DNA from: Vulcanimicrobiota bacterium
Lineage (GTDB): Bacteria > Vulcanimicrobiota > Vulcanimicrobiia > Vulcanimicrobiales > Vulcanimicrobiaceae
DNA length: 64,000 bases
NCBI GenBank assembly: GCA_963739845.1
Contig: CAVUBQ010000002.1
Coordinates: forward strand, 1,129,843-1,193,842
Reading direction: 5' to 3'
Part shown: positions 50,321 to 59,995 of the stretch, one piece after another
Position numbering within the stretch: the stretch's first letter is position 1
Layout of the letters: each line of letters starts with the position of its first letter
Notes under the pieces: generated by a model
What the model was told of the DNA's origin: nothing
Databases searched by the model: none
Seen by the model: only the letters and a program-made list of their open reading frames with translations
Position numbers and translations under genes: made by a program

Positions 50321-51526
50321 CTAGTAGGAAAATTCCTGCAGCTGATTGACCCTGGCGCCATCGACCCAGCCGATGCGCTTGGTGGGATTGATCGCGATCC
50401 TGATCGGAAGCACCAAGAAGCCCGCGTCGGTGAAGTTGAAACCGTTGATCGATTCCTGGAGCGTTCCGCTCTCGTTGAAAACCTGGATGCTGCTCCCCGA
50501 CGGGGAAGTACCCGAAAACGGCTGCGCGATCAGGAAGAGCTTGTGGATCGGATCGTTGATGACGTACGCGCCGGCGATGAACTGCCCGCCGCCATTGGGC
50601 ATCAGCGCGTGCGTTCCAGTCTGCTTGGCAACGTCGTAGAACTCGACGCCGCCGTCCAGTTCGGTCGTAGTGCACGCAATGCCGGTCGCCGAGTCGTACG
50701 CGATTCCGTTTGCGTAGCCGCATCCTTCGATCCCCGGACAGGAGACGCCGTTAAACTTCGTGACGTGCCCCGAGCTAAGGTCGACCGTCGCAATCACTGG
50801 TGGCGGGCCGCCGGCTCCGCCGAAGCTCGGCGAGGTGGCCATGACGGCGAGATTGTTGACGGTGTCCTGCGCCAGTTGCGGCTGCATCGAGAGGAAGAAG
50901 GTCTGCGGATCGAGCGTGATTACTTTGCTCGTGTGCATGGGGATGTCGGAGACGACCAGCTCGGTGGGATCCGATCCGGTCCGTTCGTAGCCGAACACGA
51001 CGCTCGTGGTGGTGCTTTGATTCACCGCGTTCTGCAGGACGTTGAAATGCTTGCTCGTGATGCCCCATTTGCCCGCGAACTTCATTTTGGTGACGGGATT
51101 GACCAGCTCGTACACGTCCGTTGTCGGGGTCTGGCCTGGTATGCCGGCCTTTTGATAGTCGATCAGGGCGACGTCTCCCGCGAAGATCCCGTCGCCGACG
51201 TAGTCGTTGCCGCGACGCGCACCACGGCCCTTGCGAACGCCGAAGGTGCGGGTGATCTTTCCGGTCGTCTGGTTGAACGTCTGCACCGAGAGCTCCGCGC
51301 CGGTTGCCGATGCGAGGATTCCGTCGTTGCCGTTCTGGTCGATGTCGAATCCAAAAATCTGACCGCCGTCGGAGGTCGAGAGCACCGGGCCGAGTGAGCC
51401 GCCGTCGCGTTGCACGACCGCGCGGGTCGCGCTGCCAATCCCGTTCGGGACCGAACCAGAACCGCTGCCGGCGCTGCTGCACGCGGCGAGCGGGATGAGT
51501 GCGAATACAGCGAGTGCGCGCTTCAT
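50321..51526 (-). CDS. lipoprotein, beta-propeller-like
   Basis: MKRALAVFALIPLAACSS lipobox, from the internal Met of ORF 50321..51556. Confidence 0.65.
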   Translation of the reverse strand: MKRALAVFALIPLAACSSAGSGSGSVPNGIGSATRAVVQRDGGSLGPVLSTSDGGQIFGFDIDQNGNDGILASATGAELSVQTFNQTTGKITRTFGVRKGRGARRGNDYVGDGIFAGDVALIDYQKAGIPGQTPTTDVYELVNPVTKMKFAGKWGITSKHFNVLQNAVNQSTTTSVVFGYERTGSDPTELVVSDIPMHTSKVITLDPQTFFLSMQPQLAQDTVNNLAVMATSPSFGGAGGPPPVIATVDLSSGHVTKFNGVSCPGIEGCGYANGIAYDSATGIACTTTELDGGVEFYDVAKQTGTHALMPNGGGQFIAGAYVINDPIHKLFLIAQPFSGTSPSGSSIQVFNESGTLQESINGFNFTDAGFLVLPIRIAINPTKRIGWVDGARVNQLQEFSY

Positions 51527-51600
51527 AAGCATGAAGCAAGCCTGCACGGCACTCATGAAAAAAGTATGAAGCGTACTGCGACCGCAGTACCCTCGCGCGC

Positions 51601-51939
51601 TCAGGCCCTGCGAGCGATCACGATCAGTGTCTTACAGCAGAGCGGTGACGTGGTTATCGTGACGTTGAGCACGTGGTCGCCGCTGCCGATCGAGAACAGG
51701 GCGGCTTCCGCCGGTGACGTAACGCGCGACTCGTGCGAATCGCTGGGCAAGTTTTTCTTGTACCAGGTGTAGACGGTGGCGAACGAGTCGCTCGTCGAGA
51801 AGGCCCCGCTGGCGGCTTCCACTTTGACGCCCGGATAGACCGGTACGGCGGTGGCGTCACTCGTCAAAGCCGCGTGCGAGCAGGCCGCCGCGAACGTCGC
51901 GACCAGCAAGGCGAGGGCCGAGATGGCGAGCCGCGTCAT
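51601..51939 (-). CDS. small lipoprotein, unknown function
   Basis: MTRLAISALALLVATFAAACS, from the internal Met of ORF 51601..52164. Confidence 0.55.
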   Translation of the reverse strand: MTRLAISALALLVATFAAACSHAALTSDATAVPVYPGVKVEAASGAFSTSDSFATVYTWYKKNLPSDSHESRVTSPAEAALFSIGSGDHVLNVTITTSPLCCKTLIVIARRA

Positions 51940-52270
51940 TAGAGGCGCGGCCCCCAGCCGGGGAAAATCGGCGTCATCGCTTCGGTGAACCGCTCCGAGC
52001 GGCCGGTCATCGCCGCGCCGTAGTGGCGCCGGTGGCGGCGCTCCGGGGTCGCCGATTCGGGCGCGCTCGTCTTTTTGAAGTAGAGGGCTTTCAGGCGGGG
52101 CTGGGCCGGTGCGGGCGTAGACACGTGTGATCTCCTCTGTGAAGCGTTGTGCTGAGGGGATCATCGTAGCGACGGGGGCGTACCGAATCGTACGGGGTCG
52201 CGGAGGGGCCCGGGCGGCCCCCGAAGCGGCGCCCTCTCTCCCGGCGCAAGTGCCAGGTGAGGGCCCCCTC

Positions 52271-53998
52271 TCAGTGCGGCGACTCGGCCGGCTGCGGAAC
52301 CGTCTTCTCGATCGGCGGAGCCAAATAGATTACCGTCCAAGGTGTATCCCAACTAACTTTGACTGGATTTGCCAACAAGCCGGGCCAGCTAGCCTTAGCT
52401 ATTGTTGGAGCGAAGCCCGTAATCTCAAGTTTCAGCGCTAACTGCCCTGACATAACGTCGTTAACCGTCGCACTACCGTGCGCATACGCTATTAAGACCG
52501 TAGGTGTGGACGTGAACTTCGTGCTGTTCCACTGAGGCGCGGTGGCATCCGGTACGACCGCCGCGATTGCGCCCATGTCACCGTTGACGTCGGCCGCGGT
52601 TAAAGTGCCGGTCAGAAGCGCGCCGAGGATCCGATTCCCGACGCCGAATATCCCGGTAACATATACTTTCGTGTTTGGCTTGAGGTCGAGGTATCCGCCA
52701 TTAGCCTCTGTGTGCACGTGCCCATCGACGTCGATCTCCCCGAAGAGGTGAACGTCAAACGTAAGGGCGCCGTAGCTGGCCGAAAATGGTGGGGCCAGAT
52801 CCACATCTTTCCGCGGCGTCACGGAAAAGTCGTAGTCCGGGTTTACGTGAGAAGAGAGGCTGACGAGCGGCTTCGATGTAGCGTCGATCGGTCCTAAGTA
52901 AATGGATGTTGCACCCCCTAGGTAACCTTTGGCCTCAGGTGCCGGTGAGGCGCTCTCTTGCGGTGGAGACGCGCTGTGCCGGGCATCGCAAGCGTGTTGC
53001 GGTTTTGGTGTCGCAATGCCGTTAGGCGAAGCGCCGGAGCTCGCCGACGACTCGATTGTCAGAACGGTGCTGGGGTGGCTAAACGCAGTGGCAGTTAGGC
53101 AGGACCCCATGATGACGCCGTATCGAATGGCGCTCCCAGGTTTAGCAGTGACGAATTGAAGCGTGTTCGTCAGATTTGCGCCAAAGTTCCGTTGTAACCA
53201 CGGCTGTGCCTTGAACGGTGCAATCGGAATCGTCAAGACTATTAATGGGACGTCGAGTCCTTGAATGGTCGGGTTGCCGCTCTCCGCGGTCGCCAACTGA
53301 CTTTCGAACGGTAACGTGCAACGGTCTACGTTCCCTCCGGCATCGTTCTTACCAGTTGAAAGCTCTGAGACGTCTTTCCATGCTTCCTCTACGGAAGGTG
53401 CCGGTGTCGCCGAAGCCGCGCAGGGGGTCGGAGTTGGCGCCGAGGCCGCGAGTGGGGCGCTCGGCGGCGACGATGGCGACGGAGAGATGCTCGGTGCCAA
53501 CGTGGGCGGTGCAGCCGGGGTGGGCGGTGGGGGAGGAGGCGCTTCACGAACCAGCCGTGGACGATACGACGGCGTGATGTGCCCGACGTTGATAGCCTGG
53601 GTCTTGTACTTGGGATTGGTTACCGAATCGCCACGCTCAACGAGCAGTTGCTGGATCGCATTTGCGTAGACAAATATGTCGCGTGCATCAACCTGATTTT
53701 GAAGCCTATCGTAGACCTTTACCGGCGGGAGCCATGCGGCGCTTATCTTGTTTCCATGCGCCTTGGTGATCGCTAGGTACTTCTTGAAGGCCGCTTGCAA
53801 AATGGCGGCCTGCTGCGGATCAAAATCCCGCTTGATCCGGCTCGCCGGTACGTTGGATGGGTCGATCGGCGTAAAGGTGGCCGCTGCGACCGCCGCGTGC
53901 ATGGAGTAAAGGACGAGTACGGTTATGAGGGCAGCAACCAACTGCGAACGAAGTCGGTTCACGGGCGCCTCGTTGTTGAGCCGATCAAGGTAGAGCAT
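52271..53998 (-). CDS. large secreted or anchored protein with a proline-rich linker; unknown function
   Basis: Met at 53998, then an N-terminal TM (LVAALITVLVLYSMHAAVAAA). Linker PPPPPPTPAAPPTLAPSISPSPSSPPSAP. Beta-rich C-terminus. Lower GC than neighbours. Confidence 0.6.
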   Translation of the reverse strand: MLYLDRLNNEAPVNRLRSQLVAALITVLVLYSMHAAVAAATFTPIDPSNVPASRIKRDFDPQQAAILQAAFKKYLAITKAHGNKISAAWLPPVKVYDRLQNQVDARDIFVYANAIQQLLVERGDSVTNPKYKTQAINVGHITPSYRPRLVREAPPPPPPTPAAPPTLAPSISPSPSSPPSAPLAASAPTPTPCAASATPAPSVEEAWKDVSELSTGKNDAGGNVDRCTLPFESQLATAESGNPTIQGLDVPLIVLTIPIAPFKAQPWLQRNFGANLTNTLQFVTAKPGSAIRYGVIMGSCLTATAFSHPSTVLTIESSASSGASPNGIATPKPQHACDARHSASPPQESASPAPEAKGYLGGATSIYLGPIDATSKPLVSLSSHVNPDYDFSVTPRKDVDLAPPFSASYGALTFDVHLFGEIDVDGHVHTEANGGYLDLKPNTKVYVTGIFGVGNRILGALLTGTLTAADVNGDMGAIAAVVPDATAPQWNSTKFTSTPTVLIAYAHGSATVNDVMSGQLALKLEITGFAPTIAKASWPGLLANPVKVSWDTPWTVIYLAPPIEKTVPQPAESPH

Positions 53999-54110
53999 GG
54001 TTGCTTCTGCCTTTGACGATTTGACCTCCTGGCTGCGTGAAATAAGGCGCAGCGGCGAGACGGGTTGAAATCCGTTACTATCGATCTCCTGAACGACTGA
54101 AAGGAAACCG

Positions 54111-54452
54111 ATGAAACTCTTTGCAGCCAGCATCGTGGTAATCGCTACCATACTCTCTACTACGCTCATTGCGCGTGCCGATCTGGCCTTTCTGAGGTAT
54201 GAACTATCCTCCGGTGTCACACTCACCGTTCTCCCGAACTACACCGCGGCGATAACTTCGGTAGTAAATGGTGAGAACTGCGAGCTGCGAATCAACAGGA
54301 AAGACGGTTCCCAGTTCTTCGGCGGACCCGGGTCGCGCTTCATTGGCATCTCGCTAGAACCGCAGGAAACGCTTACCGCTCAGTCGGGGAGGTGTTGGGT
54401 GAGCCTAAGCGTTTCGGGTCCTCCAGGTTCGCCAGGCGTTACGAAAACTTAA
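54111..54452 (+). CDS. small secreted hypothetical protein
   Basis: MKLFAASIVVIATILSTTLIARA signal peptide. Confidence 0.45.
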   Translation: MKLFAASIVVIATILSTTLIARADLAFLRYELSSGVTLTVLPNYTAAITSVVNGENCELRINRKDGSQFFGGPGSRFIGISLEPQETLTAQSGRCWVSLSVSGPPGSPGVTKT

Positions 54453-54547
54453 CGAATCATTTTCAAAACGAAAGCGGTTTTCATAACGCTGATCGCTGTC
54501 GGTCGCGCAGGAGGCGCGCTGCAGTGCAGAGGAACTTTTGGCAGCCG

Positions 54548-55681
54548 ATGATTAAGCGGAAAGAGTTGATCGCGGGCATGGTAGCCGCAGTGGCCGCGCC
54601 GGCAATCGGCGCCACCGTTCTGGAGGGCAGCACGACACTGCAAGCAGCTGCCGCGCACAACGGGCGCTTCTTCGGATCGGCCGTACAGATCGCTCAGATC
54701 GACACCGAAAAGGATCTTCGGGAGACGGTGCTGCGCGAGTGTTTGATGCTCGTACCCGAATTCGAAATGAACTGGAACCAGCTCGAGGGCGAGCGCGGAC
54801 GACTAAACTTCGATGGTATTGATCGCCTGGCGGCCTTCGCCGAGAGCAACGGTAAGAAGGTACGCGGGCACACGCTGCTCTGGCACCTTGGCACGCCGCA
54901 ATGGGTGATCGACGAGCTTCGTACTCAGCAAGACTGGAACATAATAGCGCGGTACTTCGGATCGGTTATCCCGCGATACGGAGACGTTATCTCCCAGTGG
55001 GAGGTTGTCAACGAGCCGATGGACCCAGGGTATCGCGCCGACGGCTTGCGCGGAAATGCCTTCCTAAATGCGTTCGGTCCGGATTACATCCAGCGCGCTC
55101 TCGAGCAAGCCCGCGCATTTGCGCCGCACGGGCAACTTCTGATTAACGAATATGGCCTCGAGTACGACCTGCCCGATGAACGTACTCGCCGCTACCTGCT
55201 CCTTAAGCTCTTGGAGCGTTTGAAGCAGGCTAAGGCCCCGATCGACGCCCTCGGCGTGCAGGCGCATCTCGATCTACGAAAGGGGCACGTATCCGCGACG
55301 TCTATCGCGGGCTTCTTCCGATCGGTCGCCGATCTCGGGCTGCCCATCTATATTACGGAGCTCGATGTTAAAGAGGCCGATTACGTAGCCTCGGTTGAGG
55401 AACGCGATCGCCTCGTAGCCGATGAAGTGCGCCGCTATCTCGACGTCGCGCTCCGGCAGCGCCGCGTAAACGGCGTCACGACGTGGGGCTTGAGCGACCG
55501 CCATTCATGGCTGCTGGTTACCCCCGAAGATTACGCCCGGTTTGCCGGCGCGTGGGCCAACGGCGGTGGGCCCGGTTTCAACCGTGGATTACCGTTCGAT
55601 TCGTCGATGCGCCCAAAGCCGATGTACTACGCGCTCCGTGACGCGCTCTGGAGCGTGCGACCGCCGGGTCAGATACGCTGA
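54548..55681 (+). CDS. glycoside hydrolase family 10 (endo-1,4-beta-xylanase-like), secreted
   Basis: MIKRKELIAGMVAAVAAPAIGA. GHTLLWH, WEVVNEP (acid/base) and ITELDV (nucleophile). Confidence 0.85.
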   Translation: MIKRKELIAGMVAAVAAPAIGATVLEGSTTLQAAAAHNGRFFGSAVQIAQIDTEKDLRETVLRECLMLVPEFEMNWNQLEGERGRLNFDGIDRLAAFAESNGKKVRGHTLLWHLGTPQWVIDELRTQQDWNIIARYFGSVIPRYGDVISQWEVVNEPMDPGYRADGLRGNAFLNAFGPDYIQRALEQARAFAPHGQLLINEYGLEYDLPDERTRRYLLLKLLERLKQAKAPIDALGVQAHLDLRKGHVSATSIAGFFRSVADLGLPIYITELDVKEADYVASVEERDRLVADEVRRYLDVALRQRRVNGVTTWGLSDRHSWLLVTPEDYARFAGAWANGGGPGFNRGLPFDSSMRPKPMYYALRDALWSVRPPGQIR

Positions 55682-56403
55682 TAGATCAGCGCCTTGAAAT
55701 AGGCGCGCCCTCGAAACCCCGACTGCATGGCGAGACCCGTCGAGAACTCAAGCTCCGAGTTCTTCGCAATCGTCACCCCGGCGTACGGGCCAACTTGATA
55801 GAGGCTGTAGCTCGGATTGCCTTCGCTATAGATTTGCGCGCCGAGCCGCCACGTGGGCGAGAGCTGGTGCGTGGCGCCGATCAGCGCCTCGTAGTCCGAG
55901 AGCCGCAGGCCGTAATAGCCTCCCCAGTCGATACGCAGGGGTCCGCTGACGCTGCCCCCCTCGAGCCCGATGCGTCCTTCGACTTGCGTTCCGCGCAGCC
56001 GATTGTTCGGATCGTCGGGCGTAAGCCCGGTGTAGGTCGAGTTTGCACCCAGAGAGACGTCGGCCCAGGAGTGCTGATGCATGATCTGATAGACGGCGTC
56101 GATTTCGGCTCCGCCGAACTTCGCCGAAACGACGCCCAGATCGCCGCCATCATAGTTGTAGCCGCCTGCGGTCGCTAAAGCGCGCACGGCGAATCCTTTG
56201 CCGATGGTCGCCCCGGGCAGGGCGAACGTCACGCCGGCGAAGACGTAGTTAGCAAAGTCGAGCTGGCCGCCGGCAAAGACGGCGATATGGCTGTCGTCGG
56301 CTCGCGCGGCCGCCGGAACGAATATCGAGAGCGCGGCCAAAATGGCCGCTGCCGACCCGGCCACGAAGCGCTGTCGGGCTTTCGCGCTAAAGAACGTTTG
56401 CAT
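55669..56403 (-). CDS. small outer-membrane-type beta-barrel protein (244 aa)
   Basis: MQTFFSAKARQRFVAGSAAAILAALSIFVPAAARA signal peptide, then alternating strands. Last gene of the polysaccharide operon. Its 3' end overlaps the GH10 gene by 13 nt. Confidence 0.55.
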   Translation of the reverse strand: MQTFFSAKARQRFVAGSAAAILAALSIFVPAAARADDSHIAVFAGGQLDFANYVFAGVTFALPGATIGKGFAVRALATAGGYNYDGGDLGVVSAKFGGAEIDAVYQIMHQHSWADVSLGANSTYTGLTPDDPNNRLRGTQVEGRIGLEGGSVSGPLRIDWGGYYGLRLSDYEALIGATHQLSPTWRLGAQIYSEGNPSYSLYQVGPYAGVTIAKNSELEFSTGLAMQSGFRGRAYFKALIYQRI

Positions 56404-56410
56404 TCGCTGC

Positions 56411-57547
56411 CTACACCAGCAGCTTCGATTTTTCGAGCTCGGCCACGATCGCCTGGCTACGATCGACCGGAGCCTTCGCCTCTTGCACCCATGCGATGAG
56501 CTCTTCCATGCCCGCATCAAACGATCGCTGCGGTTTGAATCCGAACGCTTTGTCGATTTTGGAGACATCCGGGAAGCAATGGCGGATGTCACCGACGCGA
56601 TACTTGCCCAGGAATTGGGGCTGAATACTCTTGCCGAGCTTTCGCGCCAGCGTTTCCGCTATCTGCGCGACGGTGATCGGCCTCCCGCTTCCGACGTTGA
56701 ACGCATCCCAAACGACTCGGTCGCTATCCAGAACCGTAGCGAAAGCGTTAGCAACGTCGTGTACGTGCACGAAGTCGCGCTGCTGCGCGCCATCTTCGAA
56801 GACCAGGGGCGGTTGATCGTTGAGAAGGCGAGAAATGAAGATCGCCGCCACCCCGGTGTAAGGATTGCTGAGGGCTTGGCGCGATCCGTAGGCATTGAAC
56901 AAGCGTAGTGCTACGGTCGGGATCTGCAGCGCTCGGCCGACGGCAAGAAACATCTCCTCGTGGTCTCGCTTGTTGATCGCGTAGATCGAGGCCGGCTTGA
57001 GCGGCTTCTCTTCGGTCGTCGCGACCGGCGTCAACACCTGTCCGTCCAAAGAAAGGTCCCACTGCCTTTCCGCGAGCTGCTCGTGCGTACGCAACTCCGG
57101 GGCGACGACTGCACCGGTCGACGGCAGGCGATACGCCCCCTCGCCGTAGATCGACATCGAGGAGGCGACGACGACGCGCTCGACAGTGTGCGGACGCCGC
57201 GAGAGCGTCTCGAGCATTACGGCGGCGGTCATCACATTGTTGCGGGTGTAGTCGACGATGTTCGTCATGCTCTGGCCGACGCCGACCGAAGCCCCAAGGT
57301 GAACGAGATGCGTGATGCCCTGAAGGCTTGCCTCAAAGGCACCCTCGTCGATCAGGTCGCCCTTGATGCGTTTCGCCCGAGGATCGAGATACGTCGGCCA
57401 GCCAGCGGCATCGCGTTCGGCATCGCCGTGCACTTGCGGTAGTAGGGCGTCGATAACGGTTACCTCGTCTCCGCGAGCCAGGAGCAAGTCTACGACGTGC
57501 GAGCCGATGAAGCCGGCTCCGCCGGTAACGAGGACGCGTTTACTCAC
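56411..57547 (-). CDS. NAD-dependent nucleotide-sugar epimerase/dehydratase (extended SDR)
   Basis: VLVTGGAGFIGSHV and YAINKRDHE (YxxxK). Confidence 0.85.
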   Translation of the reverse strand: MSKRVLVTGGAGFIGSHVVDLLLARGDEVTVIDALLPQVHGDAERDAAGWPTYLDPRAKRIKGDLIDEGAFEASLQGITHLVHLGASVGVGQSMTNIVDYTRNNVMTAAVMLETLSRRPHTVERVVVASSMSIYGEGAYRLPSTGAVVAPELRTHEQLAERQWDLSLDGQVLTPVATTEEKPLKPASIYAINKRDHEEMFLAVGRALQIPTVALRLFNAYGSRQALSNPYTGVAAIFISRLLNDQPPLVFEDGAQQRDFVHVHDVANAFATVLDSDRVVWDAFNVGSGRPITVAQIAETLARKLGKSIQPQFLGKYRVGDIRHCFPDVSKIDKAFGFKPQRSFDAGMEELIAWVQEAKAPVDRSQAIVAELEKSKLLV

Positions 57548-59003
57548 GATTGGTTACTCCGCTTCCGTTGGCGAGTGCTTGTTCTTTGATCTTATTACGA
57601 ATCAACAATTTGTTCGCATCGATCTTCTCGGTGCGTTGCCATACCAGCCCTTCGTCCAAAAGGAACATACGAAATCCGATAAAGAGCGGCACGACCCACA
57701 AAAACCACCACGCGAGCGCGAAGAGCGGATTGACGCGCAGCATGTACCACGCACGCTCGTGCCAGCGCTTCAGGACCAGACTCGTTCGGCGCCACACGTT
57801 CGCGTACAGCATCGCCATCAAGATCACGAATAAGGTTATGTTTATAGCGGCCAGCCAGAGCGTCCAGGCCGGCAGCCAACCCGGACGCTCGTAGTAGAGC
57901 GTCAGATCGACGATCCCTAGCGGCAGTCCGACTACATTGACGGCAAGGGTGAGACACGGCATGAAGACCAGCCAGGCCTTAAATCGATTCCACGGACTCA
58001 TGCCTAGATAGTGCAGCGGCTGTGCCAACGACTGGAAGAACCCGCAGACCCAGCGCTTTCGCTGAGTGACGCCTTGCCACCACGTCTTCGGGACTTCTTC
58101 GATTAGCGGGCTCGCCAGAATTCCGAGCCGTTTACCGTTCGCCCAGAAGCGGAGCCCGACCTCAGGATCCTCGATCGTAATCCAGGGATGAAAGCCACCC
58201 AGGGCGACCAGGTCGGACATTCGGTAGAAGAGCCCCTTACCCAGCATCCAAAATGGCTGCGTCCCGTTCGCCGTTAGATGGGGGTACATATAGCCGTCCC
58301 AGCTCATGTGGTCGAAGGCGTGAAACGAAGTCGGCAGCGTTGCGTTGAGGTTCCCGACGATGTTCTGTGCCTGCAGCACGTCGTAGTGCTTGAGACCAAT
58401 GACGGCTCCCTTGAAGTGATCTACGGGCGGGCAACTGTCGGCGTCAATGTAGTTGACGACGAGGTTCGGCTCGTGCTTGAGCTCCTCAGCCATGTGATAC
58501 ATCGCGTAGATCAGCTGGCGCGTCTTTTTCGGGGGCAAGTCTTTGACGCCGGCACGCTTACCGTCATGCCACCAGTATACTTTTGGATTAGCCTCCCAGG
58601 CGTCCCAGACGATCTGCCAAGATGCGTCGCTCGTCGGCGGTATCTCGAGGATTTGCAGGAATGAAAACTCTTGCGCAAGGCGGTAAAGGCTGGCCAAGGT
58701 TTCGTGGTCGTTGTAGTTTGGAATCGCGACGACGCGGTATCGCTCGCGCGGGTAGTCGAGCTTCGTGAGCGAGAGAAATGTCGTTCGCATGGTCGTTTCA
58801 AGCTCTCGCAGCACCGGATAGAAGAGCACGATGTACGGCCATTCCTGCTCCGGCTCCGAAATCGGCTCGCTCATATCGACCCAGTTCACGGGTCGCGACA
58901 AGAAATACAGGCTAACGGCACACGAGAACGCGTAGAGCGGTTGCAGCACCACGAAGAGGCCGGTGAGCAAGACAAAAACGATGTGAGGTTCTGGGTGGGC
59001 CAT
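57540..59003 (-). CDS. processive family-2 glycosyltransferase (membrane-embedded synthase, QxxRW type)
   Basis: Start at MAHPEPH. IDADS, TIEDPEVG and QRKRWVCG. Two N-terminal and four or more C-terminal TM segments. Confidence 0.8.
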   Translation of the reverse strand: MAHPEPHIVFVLLTGLFVVLQPLYAFSCAVSLYFLSRPVNWVDMSEPISEPEQEWPYIVLFYPVLRELETTMRTTFLSLTKLDYPRERYRVVAIPNYNDHETLASLYRLAQEFSFLQILEIPPTSDASWQIVWDAWEANPKVYWWHDGKRAGVKDLPPKKTRQLIYAMYHMAEELKHEPNLVVNYIDADSCPPVDHFKGAVIGLKHYDVLQAQNIVGNLNATLPTSFHAFDHMSWDGYMYPHLTANGTQPFWMLGKGLFYRMSDLVALGGFHPWITIEDPEVGLRFWANGKRLGILASPLIEEVPKTWWQGVTQRKRWVCGFFQSLAQPLHYLGMSPWNRFKAWLVFMPCLTLAVNVVGLPLGIVDLTLYYERPGWLPAWTLWLAAINITLFVILMAMLYANVWRRTSLVLKRWHERAWYMLRVNPLFALAWWFLWVVPLFIGFRMFLLDEGLVWQRTEKIDANKLLIRNKIKEQALANGSGVTNRE

Positions 59004-59023
59004 AGTAAGAATCGTCCGGCTGA

Positions 59024-59995
59024 TCAGTGTGACGTCGCGACTTCGTGGCTCCGGGAATTCGTGCGGAAATAGTCGAGCGTCGGTGGTAATCCGTCGCGCA
59101 ACGCGACTTGCGGTTCCCAGCCCAAAAGCGCCCGCGCGAGCGAAATGTCGGGGCGGCGCCGCGTCGGGTCGTCCGGCGGAAGGGTGCAAGTAACGACGTT
59201 GAGCGGCACTTTCGCAATATCCGAGACGATTTTTGCCAACTCCGCGATCGTGAACTCCTCCGGATTTCCGATGTTAACGACTTTGCCGGCGAGCGCCGGC
59301 TTTCGGGCCATCCTGACTATACCCTCGATGAGGTCGGTAACAAAGCAGAAGCTCCGGGTCTGCGATCCGTCGCCGTAAACGGTCAATGGTTCGTCTCGTA
59401 TCGCCGAAAGACAGAAGTTGGGGATGACCCGGCCGTCGTCGGGCTGCATGCGCGGCCCGTACGTGTTGAAAATGCGAACGATTCGGCCGTCTATGCCGAG
59501 CTTGCGCACCGCGGATGTAACGTAAGCCTCCGCGTAGCGTTTCGATTCGTCGTAGCACGCGCGCGCGCCGACGGGATTGACGTTTCCCCAGTAGCTCTCC
59601 GCCTGGGGGTGTTCGGCTGGGTCACCGTACGCTTCGGACGTCGAAGCGAAGAGAAGCCGCGCGTCCGTGCGGTGCGCGAGCGCCGCTCCGTACATCGCGC
59701 CGAGAGCATTCACGGCCATTGTAGCTAGCGGTTCTGCACCGTAGTCGACCGGGCTCGCGGGCGAGGCAAAGTGCATGATGACGTCTGGCCGCGGCACCCT
59801 CTCGGCCCAGGTCCAGGGCTGGGATACATCGGCCTCAACGAACGTAAAGGCACTGCTGAGATTCGCCGGTGCGAGGTTGGCGCTGGATCCGGTTACGAAG
59901 TTGTCGACCCCGACGACCTCGTCGCCGTCCTTGAGCAAACGGTCGACAAGATGAGAACCAAGAAAACCGGCCGCTCCGGTAACGAGGAATCTCAC
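59024..59995 (-). CDS. uxs: UDP-glucuronate decarboxylase (UDP-xylose synthase)-like SDR
   Basis: FLVTGAAGFLGSHLVDRLLKDGDEVVGVDNFVTGS and YDESKRYAE. Confidence 0.8.
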   Translation of the reverse strand: MRFLVTGAAGFLGSHLVDRLLKDGDEVVGVDNFVTGSSANLAPANLSSAFTFVEADVSQPWTWAERVPRPDVIMHFASPASPVDYGAEPLATMAVNALGAMYGAALAHRTDARLLFASTSEAYGDPAEHPQAESYWGNVNPVGARACYDESKRYAEAYVTSAVRKLGIDGRIVRIFNTYGPRMQPDDGRVIPNFCLSAIRDEPLTVYGDGSQTRSFCFVTDLIEGIVRMARKPALAGKVVNIGNPEEFTIAELAKIVSDIAKVPLNVVTCTLPPDDPTRRRPDISLARALLGWEPQVALRDGLPPTLDYFRTNSRSHEVATSH

